Virus record (IMG/VR): IMGVR_UViG_2597490289_000004
Location: 1 to 64,000 of that record
Reading direction: 5' to 3' (one strand)
Source: a virus
Taxonomy: Duplodnaviria; Caudoviricetes
Length of the DNA: 64,000 bases
Position numbers and translations under genes: made by a program. Shown here in pieces: positions 22,801-32,578 of this stretch (position 1 is the stretch's first letter; every line of letters begins with the position of its first letter). The notes under the pieces were generated by a model, which was not told the DNA's origin, made no database searches, and saw only the letters and a program-made list of their open reading frames with translations.

Positions 22801-22877
22801 TTAATGGAATAGTTTGTGAGGTAACAAATGAAGTGGGAAGAAAGCTTAAAGAAGTCCTTACAAATATTAAAAAATAA
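19818..22877 (+). CDS. Tape measure protein (TP901-type core)
   Basis: TSFSA.EV..GM.YLA and ESFKY motifs; 1019 aa. Confidence 0.93.
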   Translation: MAKKEVYRLGINIKVDGDKQSKKVLTEVEKNTEKVKKKVRDLDKLTASPSAKLKDTASTAIDKIKSKTEKLNNKTATAKLKAKDEASKTINKVQNKLNSWIKTGAKKVISIGLAGAVALGGLGIGSAIKTFSDFEYGMKTVQATSQASNNELLKLTDTAKNLGATTSFSAVEVSQGMNYLAMAGYKTEDIISAMPGLLDAAAASGEDLAGTSDIISDAITAFGMKASDTTHLADVMAQASASANTSIGLLGESFKYVGATAGAMGYSIEDASLALGLMANAGVKGSMGGTALKNAIVNMASPTDTMLTVMKKYNLSLTDSSGKMKSLKSVMDMLREKMKGVDKATQASAASQLFGKEAMSGMLSIINASETDYNNLANAIYNADGAAKQMANTKLDSLSGQWTILKSAVEGMKITLGERLAPYAKQFVTWFTAKIPNITDSVVKFVDTISNNIGTIKAVGGAVLGLTGAFVGMSAINKIGTTVGTFGKLLGGFKTTATADALVKTTGAMQGLGLASKIIPALLSPTGLAIAGIGIAGLVAAKQLSKEVVPAVDLFADKIDYLKDSTNVSGMNGMSQEITKISDATKEAVGAYMEMDNSVQRTLLNMKFTSKTVSTDLANDLKTKFSTMGSTITKELDKDLNNSLSKIQIMFNNNTKLTSEEQDNIMTQIENHYSKQKTTTQNAMNEINRILSEASLQNRTTTEEENSTISQLQASMRTTAITSLSETEKESAIILGRIKDQTGRITAETAADIVQKLNEQRQQTVDAANAEYAARVNIAEQIRAEGGQKAEETANKMIDEAARQRDETIAAADATRSQGIDMLKQAYGDLETSVDINTGQILTFWGRLKQWWDNTTFGTKFAEIQTNGVVGMVGQNPNNSSSKITKPASEIETDLVGAPNSLSRETIRWGKQNYTGTNNAMSGINSVGERGMELVLGRSLYDFKGGEKVLNNGETKSFLSNLGQAPIYNPQVQTIGAGGNNIQVDVQVNNNDTDVNGIVCEVTNEVGRKLKEVLTNIKK

Positions 22878-22917
22878 TGAAGCATATGTTATAATTTAGA
22901 ATGAGGGGTGATAATAA

Positions 22918-23508
22918 ATGAAAAAACATAAACTATTGATTTTTAGTTTAATATCTATATTAGGATTTTCTTTAGTAGGGTGTACAAATAATAATAAGGT
23001 AAATAAAAACACAGAAAAAGAAATCCATAGCATAATTGAAGTTGATAATACCAAAACAGATAATATAAAAAAAGAAGAAAATAATAAAGGCTATAAACTT
23101 AATGAAGTTGGAAAAAGCGGAAACTATCAATTAAAAACTTTAGGATATAACGAAGTAATAAAAATAAAAGGAACTAGTAAAAGTTTTATAACAGATAATA
23201 AATATGTTGTAGTAGATATAGAGATTGCTGCTAATGATGCTACTTTGGAATCAGGATATAGTGCAGATGATTTTTTATTAGTTGATAATAATAAAAAAAC
23301 TTATAGTGCAGAAAGTACTATAACAAACCATTTAAATGTGAAGAACGAACATGATGATGATAGTTATATAGGAATATATAAACCGTTAAATCCAAATGTA
23401 TTCAAAAAAACTCAGATAGTATTTGAAGTACCTAAAGATACCGAGCCTGAACTTATAAAGAATAAAAATTCTGGATCAAAAAGTTATGTTCAATTTAATT
23501 TAAAATAA
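22918..23508 (+). CDS. DUF4352-like lipoprotein (moron)
   Basis: Lipobox LVGC; LNP...IVFEVP Ig-like motif; own TGnTATAAT upstream. Confidence 0.7.
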   Translation: MKKHKLLIFSLISILGFSLVGCTNNNKVNKNTEKEIHSIIEVDNTKTDNIKKEENNKGYKLNEVGKSGNYQLKTLGYNEVIKIKGTSKSFITDNKYVVVDIEIAANDATLESGYSADDFLLVDNNKKTYSAESTITNHLNVKNEHDDDSYIGIYKPLNPNVFKKTQIVFEVPKDTEPELIKNKNSGSKSYVQFNLK

Positions 23509-23562
23509 TGATAAGAAAATGAGAAAAAATTGATAAAATACAAGTTTAAAATATAGTATAAT
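23509..23562 (+). promoter_or_regulatory. Late promoter 3: three TGA(T/G)AA repeats plus TATAAT
   Basis: Repeats at 23509, 23520 and 23531; TATAAT at 23557 (+26). Confidence 0.75.
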
Positions 23563-23635
23563 AATTATAGAAATATTTTTAAAGCACTTACATTAGTTGT
23601 AGGTGCTTTTTTATATGCAAAAAGGAGGATTTTAC

Positions 23636-24325
23636 ATGGATATATATTTAATAGATGAAGCTAAAAATTATAAATTTCATTTTCCTGTTAATCCTTTAAA
23701 TTCTTTATCTTTATCAAAAGAAAAACGATATATCAGCTGTGATATATTAGATTTTGGTGAAGTTGATATAGCTCAAAAAGGAGAAAAAATAAGAGAAATA
23801 AGTTTTAATTCTTTATTTCCAAAAGAGTATGATGAATCTTATTGCAGAGGAATGTATTTAGATACACCTTTGAACAGTAAAAAGTTAATAGAAGACTGGC
23901 AAGATATAGAACAACCATTAAGGTTAATAATTACTGATATAGATGTAAATGAACTAGTATCTATAAGTAAATTCACTTATGAATTTGTTGCTGGAGAATT
24001 AGAAGATATTTATTTTAGTATAACTTTTAGAACTAATAGGGAAATAAAGATAGAAACTATAAATAGTACTAGCACAAGTAGTTATAGTGGTGGCTTACAA
24101 GATAATAGACCTTCACAAGAATCAAAATTTAAAGACGGTGATAAAGTTAAAGTTACTGCAAGTGCATTAAACGTTAGAAGTGGTCCAGGAACTGAAAATG
24201 ATATTATTGGTACATTATACAAAGGACAAATAGTAACGGCTTATAGAGTTGAAGGACAATGGCTACATACTTATTACGGTGACCATGGTGGTTATGTTCA
24301 TATGGATTATATAGTAAAAGTTTAA
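23636..24325 (+). CDS. XkdP-like tail tube initiator with C-terminal SH3b domain
   Basis: FPVNP motif; LNVRSGPGT...W...GGYV SH3b. Confidence 0.8.
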   Translation: MDIYLIDEAKNYKFHFPVNPLNSLSLSKEKRYISCDILDFGEVDIAQKGEKIREISFNSLFPKEYDESYCRGMYLDTPLNSKKLIEDWQDIEQPLRLIITDIDVNELVSISKFTYEFVAGELEDIYFSITFRTNREIKIETINSTSTSSYSGGLQDNRPSQESKFKDGDKVKVTASALNVRSGPGTENDIIGTLYKGQIVTAYRVEGQWLHTYYGDHGGYVHMDYIVKV

Positions 24326-24332
24326 AAAGTAG

Positions 24333-27300
24333 GTGATATTTATAGAATTAGTTTTAAAAAATAAATATAAAATACAATTACTTTCTGAAGAAGCTACTTT
24401 AAAAGAAAGTATAGATAGTATTGCATATACTTTAAATTTATCTTTAATAGAAACTGATGAATTAAAAAACATAGGACTAGTTAAAGGTGATAGTATTCAA
24501 CTTTATGACTATATGTTTAATAGTAATGAATATAAAAAAATATTTGATGGTACTGTTAGAGATATAAATAGTTCAAAGAAAAATAAAAAGCTATCTATTG
24601 TTTGTAGAGAAAGAACTATAACAATAGAAGAAAGCGAAGATGAATATTTATGGAAAGATGGTCAAACAGTCACTCAAAGAACTAAAATAATATGCAAAGA
24701 TTGGAGTATACCAGTAGGAAATTTTGCAGAGATAAATATAGGTTTATCAAAGGACATGAGAAAAGAATCTCTATTTGGTATGTTGAAAAAAGATTTAAAA
24801 GAAACAGCTCAAAAGGGTGGGAGTCTTTATAAATTTAGAATGTCAGAAAGTTTAGATTTAGTTGAGCTAGGAAGTAATAGTGTAGTTTATAAATTAGATA
24901 ATATTGTAGATGATATACAAAACAAAAGCACTCTTTCAGGAGCCATTACACAAGTAAAAGTTTTAGGTAAAGAAGAAACAAAGAAAAGCACTGAGAAAAA
25001 TAAGACTTCTAGCAGCAGTGAAGAAAAAGAATTAATATTATCTCCTATAATTGGTGTATTTAAAAAAGATACAGAGAGATATGGAACTATACAAAAGTTA
25101 TTTCAAGATGAAAAAATTGACGATTATTCCAAAGCTAAAAGTAAAGCTGATGCATTATTTAGTAATGGTGAAGATAGTAAGTCTGTACCCTGTATTAAAG
25201 ACATAAATACTATACGAGCAGGTGATAAAGTAAGCTTGTATAATGATTCTTACTATGTTACAGATATAACTCACGAATTGGGTACAGGTGGAAAGATGAA
25301 TATGACAGTAATGGATTGGGAAGGAGTGAAGAGTAAGTTTTATGGAGAATAATATTTTTGAAGATATAAAAAGAATAATGGATACTAATTCTAAGAGTGA
25401 AATAAATAAAGCTATGTTTTCGAATAGTTTAGTCTTAGGCACAATAACTACTACAGGACTTAAATTAGACGACTTTAAACATGAAATATCTGATTATTTA
25501 GTATTAGATTATTTAAAATCAAATGATAATTACAGTACTGAAGATACAAGTTGTACATCATTACATTCACATGAATTTAAAACACCTGAAAACTTAAAAT
25601 CAATAAAATCTGGTGATAGAGTATTAGTGGCTAGAATAGGAAATGAATGTGTAATAGTAGGGAGAGTGAGTACTAATGCCTAATCTATTTCCAACAGCTA
25701 ACGAAGAAACAATAAACTTAGAAGAAGACACACAACAAAAATTTAAAGGGTCTTATGCTATAAACTTTGAAACAGGGGAGTTCATTAAAAACTCTGATGG
25801 AACTATTAAAATATTAGATGAATTTGAAGCATATGTACAGTGGTGCGAAAAGGCAATGCTTACAGCACGATATAAATATGGGGCTTATTCAGATAGGTAT
25901 GGAAAAGACATTATAGGCTCAGATATTACAGATAAAAAGTTTGTAGAGTTAGAACTTAAAAGAATCACACAAGAGGCGTTAATGGTACATCCATTAACCA
26001 AAAGTGTTGATTCTTTTTCTTTTGAGTGGAAAGGTAGTGACGTTTATTATAGCTTTGAAGTTACTACTACTAAAAACAGAAACAAAGTGCTTAAAAGTAA
26101 TAAGAAAGTGTGGTGATAAAAATGGAAATGCCTGATTTTTTAACAGAAGATGTTGAAAAAATTCATAGGAGAATGATGGAGAAAGCACCTCCGGGAGTAT
26201 CTGCAATAGAAGGAGAGATATTTTGGGATGCAACAAGACCATCTGCTTTTGAAAAAGAAAGAACAGAAAAAATTCAGATGCAAAATATTCTTAAAATGGC
26301 TCATTCACAAACAGCAACAGGAAAATATTTAGAATTTTTAGGAGAATGTCAAGGGATATTTAAGAACAATCCAACAGTTTCAACAGGTTATGTTGAGATT
26401 ACAGCTAATAAAGGAACTATAATCCCTTTGAATTATTTAGTGGGTACAAAATCAACAGATATAGAAGAATCCATTAGCTTTGAAACATTAGAATCTAAAA
26501 CAATAGATGAAAGTGGAAAAGCACTTATAAAATGTAAATGTACTAAAACTGGAATAATAGGAAATGTAGAAGCAAATACAATTACTTTAGTGTATAAACC
26601 TATAAATGGACTACAGAGCATAACAAATCCTAAAAAATTCACTGGTGGTACCGAGATAGAAGATGAAAAGCATTATAGACAAAGAATTATAGAAGCTGAA
26701 CAAGAGGATAAGTTAAGTGGTGCTGATACTGACTATATTAGATGGGCCAAGGAAGTTGATGGAGTTGGTTATGCTGATTGTATAGAACTTTGGAATGGGC
26801 CACAAACAGTAAAAGTATTAATTCTTGATTCTAATAATGAACCAGCTAATGATGAATTAATTACTAAGGTAAAAGATTATATTTACCCAGATAAAAAATC
26901 AGGTGAAAGTCGTGGAGGAAAAGCACCAGCAGGAGCACTAGTTACTATTGCAACAGCAACAACATTAAAAATAAATGTTAGTGCTAAATTTATATTTACA
27001 GATGGATTTAATCAAGAAACTATATTAACAGCTTTAAAAACAAAAATAAGTGAGTATTTAAAGAAAATAAAAATAAATGGAGTTGTTAAATATAAAGCAA
27101 TTGATACTATTATAGGTTCTTATGTATTACAAGATGAAGGAATAGACGATTATGCTAATTTAACAATAAATAAGTCTACTATCAATATACAATTAGTTGA
27201 TCAAATTGCAGCTATAGGAGATGTGATAAATGCAAGTAATTAATTCTAAAAAGGGATTACAAATGTATAATTCAGTTTCTCCTATATACGATAAAAATAT

Positions 27301-27880
27301 AATTATGCAAGCGATTTTTGAAGCGATAGGAAGTGAAGCTGATTTAACAGAAAAACAGTTAGATGATATAATGCTACAACTTTATCCACAAACTGCTACT
27401 TGGGGACTTGTATTTTGGGAAGAAAGATATAAATTACAAACAAATTTAGATGAGCCTATAGAAATTAGACGAGCTAAAGTAATTAGTAGAATCCAAACTA
27501 AAAATAAAATAGTAAATCCTAAGAGAATTGAGCTCACTATAAAAAACTTTATTAAAGCACAAGTGGAGGTTTTAGACAGTATTGCTCCGTATGTGCTTGG
27601 TATAAATATATTAAGTGAAAATGGATTTCCTAATAAATTAAACCCTGTGTATAAGGAAGTTAAAAGAATTAAGCCTTCACATATGGGAGTTAAATATAAT
27701 TTAATATCTAGAACTAAGAGCAATTTATATATAGGTGCTGCATGCATTACTGGACATAAAGTTACAGTTTATCCATGGAGAACTAAAAAGCTAAGTAGCA
27801 AAGGTAAGATAAGTATTGCTGGTCCAATAATAATAAGTGCTCGGCATATTACTGTTTATCCTAAGAAAGAAAAGGAGTGA
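24333..27880 (+). CDS. Baseplate cluster (XkdQ-like 24333-25352, XkdR-like 25342-25683, XkdS-like 25676-26116, baseplate J/XkdT 26122-27243, XkdU/YmfQ-like 27230-27880)
   Basis: Gene order plus motifs (TATGKYL, GGTEIE, DYIRWA, TATWGL..WE, IKPSH). Confidence 0.85.
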
Positions 27881-29031
27881 TGAACTTGGATATATATACA
27901 TTGGTTACTAACATAGGAAAAGCTAAAATAGCAAATGCAACTGTAACTGGTTCAAAAGTTGACTTTTTAAAATTAAAAGTTGGCGATGGAAATGGATCAT
28001 ATTACGAACCAAGTGAAAGTCAGACAGATTTAGTACATACTGTTTGGGAAGGAAATGTTAATAATGTACTTACAGGTGGAGAAAATAATCCGAATTGGAT
28101 TATTGTACAAACTGTAATTCCACCAGGAGAAGGAGGTTTTTACGTCCGTGAAGCTGGTATATTTGATAATGATGATAATTTACTTGCGATAAGTAAATAT
28201 CCTGAATCATATAAGCCTTCAATGGAAGATGGGAGCACAGATGATTTGACCATAGAACTTATTTTTGAAGTTAGCAATGCATCAATTATAAACTTAAAAA
28301 TAGACCCACTTGTAACAACAGCAAGCATGAAAGATTTAAATAATTTAGAAGCTAAAATAAATACACAATTGAAAGATATTGCGAAGAAAACTGATAAGTT
28401 TACAGAGGATTCTAATGGTAAGCTTTTATATAACAATAATAAGGTTGGAGCTACAAAAGCAAAGGAACTAGAACTAGAAACTATACCTGGAATGAATGCT
28501 AAGGATGTACAGGCTGGAATAGCAGAGGTTTTTCAAGGTGCCAACAATTTCATCTCATATAAACAAGGTATAGCAGGAGTTGTTGGCAGTCCTGTAACAG
28601 GTACACAAAATAAAAATGAAACTGTAAATAGTATACAAGGAATTAAAAATAATGCTGCATCTGCACTAAAAGCTAAAAATATTGATGCTAGTGGAAACGA
28701 AGCTTTGGCTAGTTTAGTTTCTAAAATAGCTAATATAAGTATTCAAGGTATGGGTGGAAAAAAATTTTTGGGAGGAGTTATAAATCATACTAATGGTACT
28801 AGAGATGAAATATTTCTAAATTTTAATGCTGGAGCAATAACAATAGATCAACCTAATTCATCATATTCACAATATCCATATGTATGTGTAACAAAAGTAG
28901 GAGGGAGCTTTTATCCTTTTCAATCTTCAAATTCTGTAAGTGGAATATATTATGATTCTACAAAAAAGATTTTATCAATATCAAGCAGTGTAAGTACAGG
29001 GAATTTCCCATTTAATGCGTGGGGAGAGTAG
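27877..29031 (+). CDS. Tail fibre: conserved collar domain plus variable C-terminus
   Basis: T..GKAK.ANA, VGDGNG and GGF.VREAG collar motifs. Confidence 0.85.
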   Translation: MMNLDIYTLVTNIGKAKIANATVTGSKVDFLKLKVGDGNGSYYEPSESQTDLVHTVWEGNVNNVLTGGENNPNWIIVQTVIPPGEGGFYVREAGIFDNDDNLLAISKYPESYKPSMEDGSTDDLTIELIFEVSNASIINLKIDPLVTTASMKDLNNLEAKINTQLKDIAKKTDKFTEDSNGKLLYNNNKVGATKAKELELETIPGMNAKDVQAGIAEVFQGANNFISYKQGIAGVVGSPVTGTQNKNETVNSIQGIKNNAASALKAKNIDASGNEALASLVSKIANISIQGMGGKKFLGGVINHTNGTRDEIFLNFNAGAITIDQPNSSYSQYPYVCVTKVGGSFYPFQSSNSVSGIYYDSTKKILSISSSVSTGNFPFNAWGE

Positions 29032-29044
29032 GAGGAATAGAAAA

Positions 29045-29510
29045 ATGAAAGCTTTAGTAATATATAATTCTTTGGGAAAAATTATTTTTTCTACGTCTGG
29101 AACTAGTATAGAAAATAATTATAATTGTTTAGTTGCAGATATAGAGAACGGTAAAGAATTAGTTTCTGTAGATACAGAAAACAATAAGGTAATTACAAAA
29201 GATAAAGATACAAGAATAGAGGACATTAAAACATATTTAGATAATACAGATCAAACTACTGTTGCTAATGTAGAAAAAACTATTTTAGAAACAGAAAAAA
29301 ATAAAGTTGTAGAAAATGGAGGAATGTAAAATGACAAAAATGCAAGAATTATTAGGAAGAATTTTAAAGAACAGGATTAATGCAGAGTTGAAAAATGAAA
29401 CTAAAGAATTTAAGAGTATTCAAGAAACTATGGATATTTTCCTTGCAGGAAATAAGATTACTACAGAGCAGTATTCAGAATTTACAGTATTAATTACGCC
29501 TGTAATTTAG
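29045..29510 (+). CDS. Two small tail-fibre-associated proteins (29045-29329; XkdX-like 29331-29510)
   Basis: Follow the fibre gene; GNKITTEQYSE XkdX-like motif. Confidence 0.6.
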
Positions 29511-29598
29511 TTCGCAATAGGAATATAGGATGTAAAAGTAATAATTTAATAAATTAGGCAATAATATGACTGTAAAAGGTCTTTTTTTATTGTTCTAA

Positions 29599-29625
29599 AA
29601 AGGATTTAATGTTAATATGTAGAAT
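29599..29625 (+). promoter_or_regulatory. Sigma-H-type promoter
   Basis: AAAGGATTT-N11-GTAGAAT matches the sigma-H consensus. Confidence 0.6.
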
Positions 29626-29658
29626 TTAATATTATAAAATAAAAAGAAGGTGATATAT

Positions 29659-29730
29659 ATGACAGGTTCAACTAGAGGAATAGAATCAGGTGGAACATGG
29701 GGCTTTGATTCAGGAAACTCTTGGGGCTAA
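29659..29730 (+). CDS. 23-aa peptide MTGSTRGIESGGTWGFDSGNSWG
   Basis: AAGGTGA RBS, own promoter, and terminator at about 29736-29762. Confidence 0.6.
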   Translation: MTGSTRGIESGGTWGFDSGNSWG

Positions 29731-29934
29731 AAATTAAAGGCAGTTTTAAACTGTCTTTTTTTATTGCTTAAAAATAATAACTTAAAATTAACTATATGAT
29801 AAAAGTAAAAATTTACTAAATTTCTTAGATATAAAGGAATTTGTATTACGATTATTGTTGGATTTTACCAATTATAGAGATAAAATTATGTATGAACGCG
29901 TTCAATAATGGAAATAAGGGAGAAATAATATATA

Positions 29935-31170
29935 ATGAAAAATTTTTATAAAAGAATAATTATTATGTTCGTAATGGTATTAGGGATTATGGGCGGATAT
30001 ACTATAAATGCTTTTGCAGATGATAGTTTTGAGATAGGAACTAGCAATTTAAATAACACCGTAGAAAATAGTGCTAAAGTTGGAGATAAGCTTATACATC
30101 CTGAAAAGACATGGAGAAGATATGATGATACTTTTACTAATATAAAATATAGTTCTAATATAAAAGCTTCAGAAGAAAGTGGAAATTACATGAGCACATA
30201 TCATGGTGTCTATAAAACAAAATTAGGAGAAACAATAAAGTTTAATTTTACTGGTGACAAAATTAGATTGATTGGTTTAATATCATCCAATTATACTCAT
30301 AAAATTAAAATAGAAATAGATGGACAGGAAGATTATTTCGATGCAAATTTAAATTCAACTAAATATAATGATACTTTCTCAGCTGTTATGTATTCCAAAG
30401 AAAATCTATCTGAGGGAGTCCACTGTGTTGTAATAACGCATATAGAGTATATAGAAAATCTATTAACATATGATTTTAGACTTGATGCTATAGATATTGA
30501 TGAAAACGAAGAATTATTATCTTATAATGAATCAATATCATTAGATAAATCATCATTAAGTCTAAAAGAAGGCGATTCAAAAAAAATAACACCACCAACT
30601 ACTTCATCAGCTGTTGATATAGAATGGTCATCATCAGATGAAACAGTTGCGACAGTAGATTCTAATGGAAATGTTAAAGCTATAAAAGAAGGACAAGCAA
30701 AAATAACAGTACAAATTAAAGGAACAGATATAAAAGCTGATTGTATAGTTACAGTTACAAAAGAAGATACTGAACCTAAACCAACAGATCCAGAACAAGA
30801 GTATATAATTAACACTGCTTATGCCAAAGGTGATAATACTAATAATGCTAGTGGTCAAGTCTCTATAATATTTAAGGGAGTTGCAGAAGCACAATTAAAA
30901 GTTGTAAAAACAGCAGATGTAGATTCTGTGTATGTAGGAGATAATTTTACGTATACAATAGAAGTTACTAACACAAGTGATAAAACAGCTAAAGAAGTAG
31001 TAATCAATGATAGTGCACCCAATCATATTCAATTTATAACTAGTGAAGTAATAACAACTCAAGGGACAATTGCTTCAAATTCAACATCTAAAAATATTAT
31101 AGTTAATGTTGGAGATATTCCCCCATCAGGAAAAGTTATAATAAAAATACCAGTTATTGTAGTGGAATAA
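29935..31170 (+). CDS. Secreted protein with Ig-like (Big_2) and DUF11 domains (moron)
   Basis: Signal peptide; WSSSDETVATVD..G.V.A; VGDNFTYTIEVTN. Confidence 0.8.
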   Translation: MKNFYKRIIIMFVMVLGIMGGYTINAFADDSFEIGTSNLNNTVENSAKVGDKLIHPEKTWRRYDDTFTNIKYSSNIKASEESGNYMSTYHGVYKTKLGETIKFNFTGDKIRLIGLISSNYTHKIKIEIDGQEDYFDANLNSTKYNDTFSAVMYSKENLSEGVHCVVITHIEYIENLLTYDFRLDAIDIDENEELLSYNESISLDKSSLSLKEGDSKKITPPTTSSAVDIEWSSSDETVATVDSNGNVKAIKEGQAKITVQIKGTDIKADCIVTVTKEDTEPKPTDPEQEYIINTAYAKGDNTNNASGQVSIIFKGVAEAQLKVVKTADVDSVYVGDNFTYTIEVTNTSDKTAKEVVINDSAPNHIQFITSEVITTQGTIASNSTSKNIIVNVGDIPPSGKVIIKIPVIVVE

Positions 31171-31250
31171 AATTATAGATAAAATTTATAAAAGGCACTT
31201 ACTTAAATGTAGGTGTCTTTTCTTATATACAAAATTAAGGAAGGTGTTAT

Positions 31251-31475
31251 ATGAATGAAGTAGATACAATTCAAGAAATTAAAGAAAGATTAGTTAGAAT
31301 AGAGATTTTACTAGAAAAGAATACAGAAAATTGGGGAGAAAAAATTAATGTAGCTAATCTCAGAATAAGAGATTTAGAAGATACTATTAAATGGATAAGC
31401 CGTACTGCTATAGGTGGTTTGCTTACAGGCTTATTAGGGATATTATTTAGTTTAATAAAATTTGGAGGTATGTAA
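31251..31475 (+). CDS. XhlA-like lysis protein
   Basis: ERLVRIE coiled coil plus C-terminal TM. Confidence 0.75.
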   Translation: MNEVDTIQEIKERLVRIEILLEKNTENWGEKINVANLRIRDLEDTIKWISRTAIGGLLTGLLGILFSLIKFGGM

Positions 31476-31476
31476 A

Positions 31477-31737
31477 ATGGATTTAACAAATTTAATGCAA
31501 TTTATACCAGGAGAATTGGCAATAGTTATTGTAGCAACTTATGTTATTGGAGTATTTCTTAAGAATATAGAAAGTGTTAAAGATAAATATATTACTGTAG
31601 CATTAATGATATTTGCAATAGTATTTTCTATGATATTAAGTAGACCATCTGCGACAGCATTTTTACAAGGCGTATTATGTTGGGGAGTGGCTGTAGGACT
31701 AAATCAAACTGGAAAACAACTAAATAAACAAGAGTAA
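31477..31737 (+). CDS. Holin
   Basis: Three TM segments; QGVL..GVAVG.NQ..KQ. Confidence 0.85.
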   Translation: MDLTNLMQFIPGELAIVIVATYVIGVFLKNIESVKDKYITVALMIFAIVFSMILSRPSATAFLQGVLCWGVAVGLNQTGKQLNKQE

Positions 31738-31792
31738 TTTAGGTAGCAATTATAGCTACCTTTTTTGTTATATAAATAAGGAGGAATGTATA

Positions 31793-32578
31793 ATGTCTAA
31801 TTGGAAATGGTGTGTAGAAAACCAGGATGGAACTATTACTAAAGGTTGGTACCAAGATGGTGACAATTGGTATTATCTAAATGATGAAGGCATAATGCAG
31901 ATTGGATGGGTAAAAGATAAAGATGGTCGTTGGTATTACTTAGATGAAAGTGGAGCAATGAAAACAGGGTGGATTAAGTATAAAGACAAGCGGTACTATT
32001 TGGAGCCAAACAGTACAGGCTATAAAGGAGAAATGTATGGGAATCGTACAGCTATTATAGATCGCAAAGAATATAAATTTGATTTTACAGGTGAATGGAT
32101 AGAAAATAGTTTAGTAAGTTCTAAAGGAATAGAATTTATAAAGTCGTGGGAAGGATTTTATCCTAATAAGTATTATGATTGTGTTGGAGTTTTAACACAA
32201 GGATATGGAATGACTGGTAAAGAAATAGAAAATTTACCTGACAAAATATCTGAATATGAAGCTACTAAATTATTAAAAGAATGGATCAGCAAAAAGTATG
32301 CTCCTGTAATAAAAAAAGATTTAGAGTCTAAGAATGTAGATTTAAAACAACATGAGTTTGATGCATTAGTAAGCTTTGCATATAATTGTGGAACAGTAGG
32401 ACTTCTAGGTTCAACATTATATAGAAATGTATGTAGTGGAATAAGAGATAAAGATACTATTACTTCTAATTTTCAAGCTTGGAGTAATGGTGGTGGTAAA
32501 AGAATAGAAGGTTTATATCGTAGACGTACAAAAGAAGCAGATATGTTTTTAAATGCAGATTATACAGGTAATTTATAA
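31793..32578 (+). CDS. Endolysin: N-terminal cell-wall-binding repeats plus GH24 lysozyme
   Basis: WYYL..G.M.TGW repeats; FIKSWEG, FDALVSFAYN and GLYRRR..E motifs. Confidence 0.92.
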   Translation: MSNWKWCVENQDGTITKGWYQDGDNWYYLNDEGIMQIGWVKDKDGRWYYLDESGAMKTGWIKYKDKRYYLEPNSTGYKGEMYGNRTAIIDRKEYKFDFTGEWIENSLVSSKGIEFIKSWEGFYPNKYYDCVGVLTQGYGMTGKEIENLPDKISEYEATKLLKEWISKKYAPVIKKDLESKNVDLKQHEFDALVSFAYNCGTVGLLGSTLYRNVCSGIRDKDTITSNFQAWSNGGGKRIEGLYRRRTKEADMFLNADYTGNL

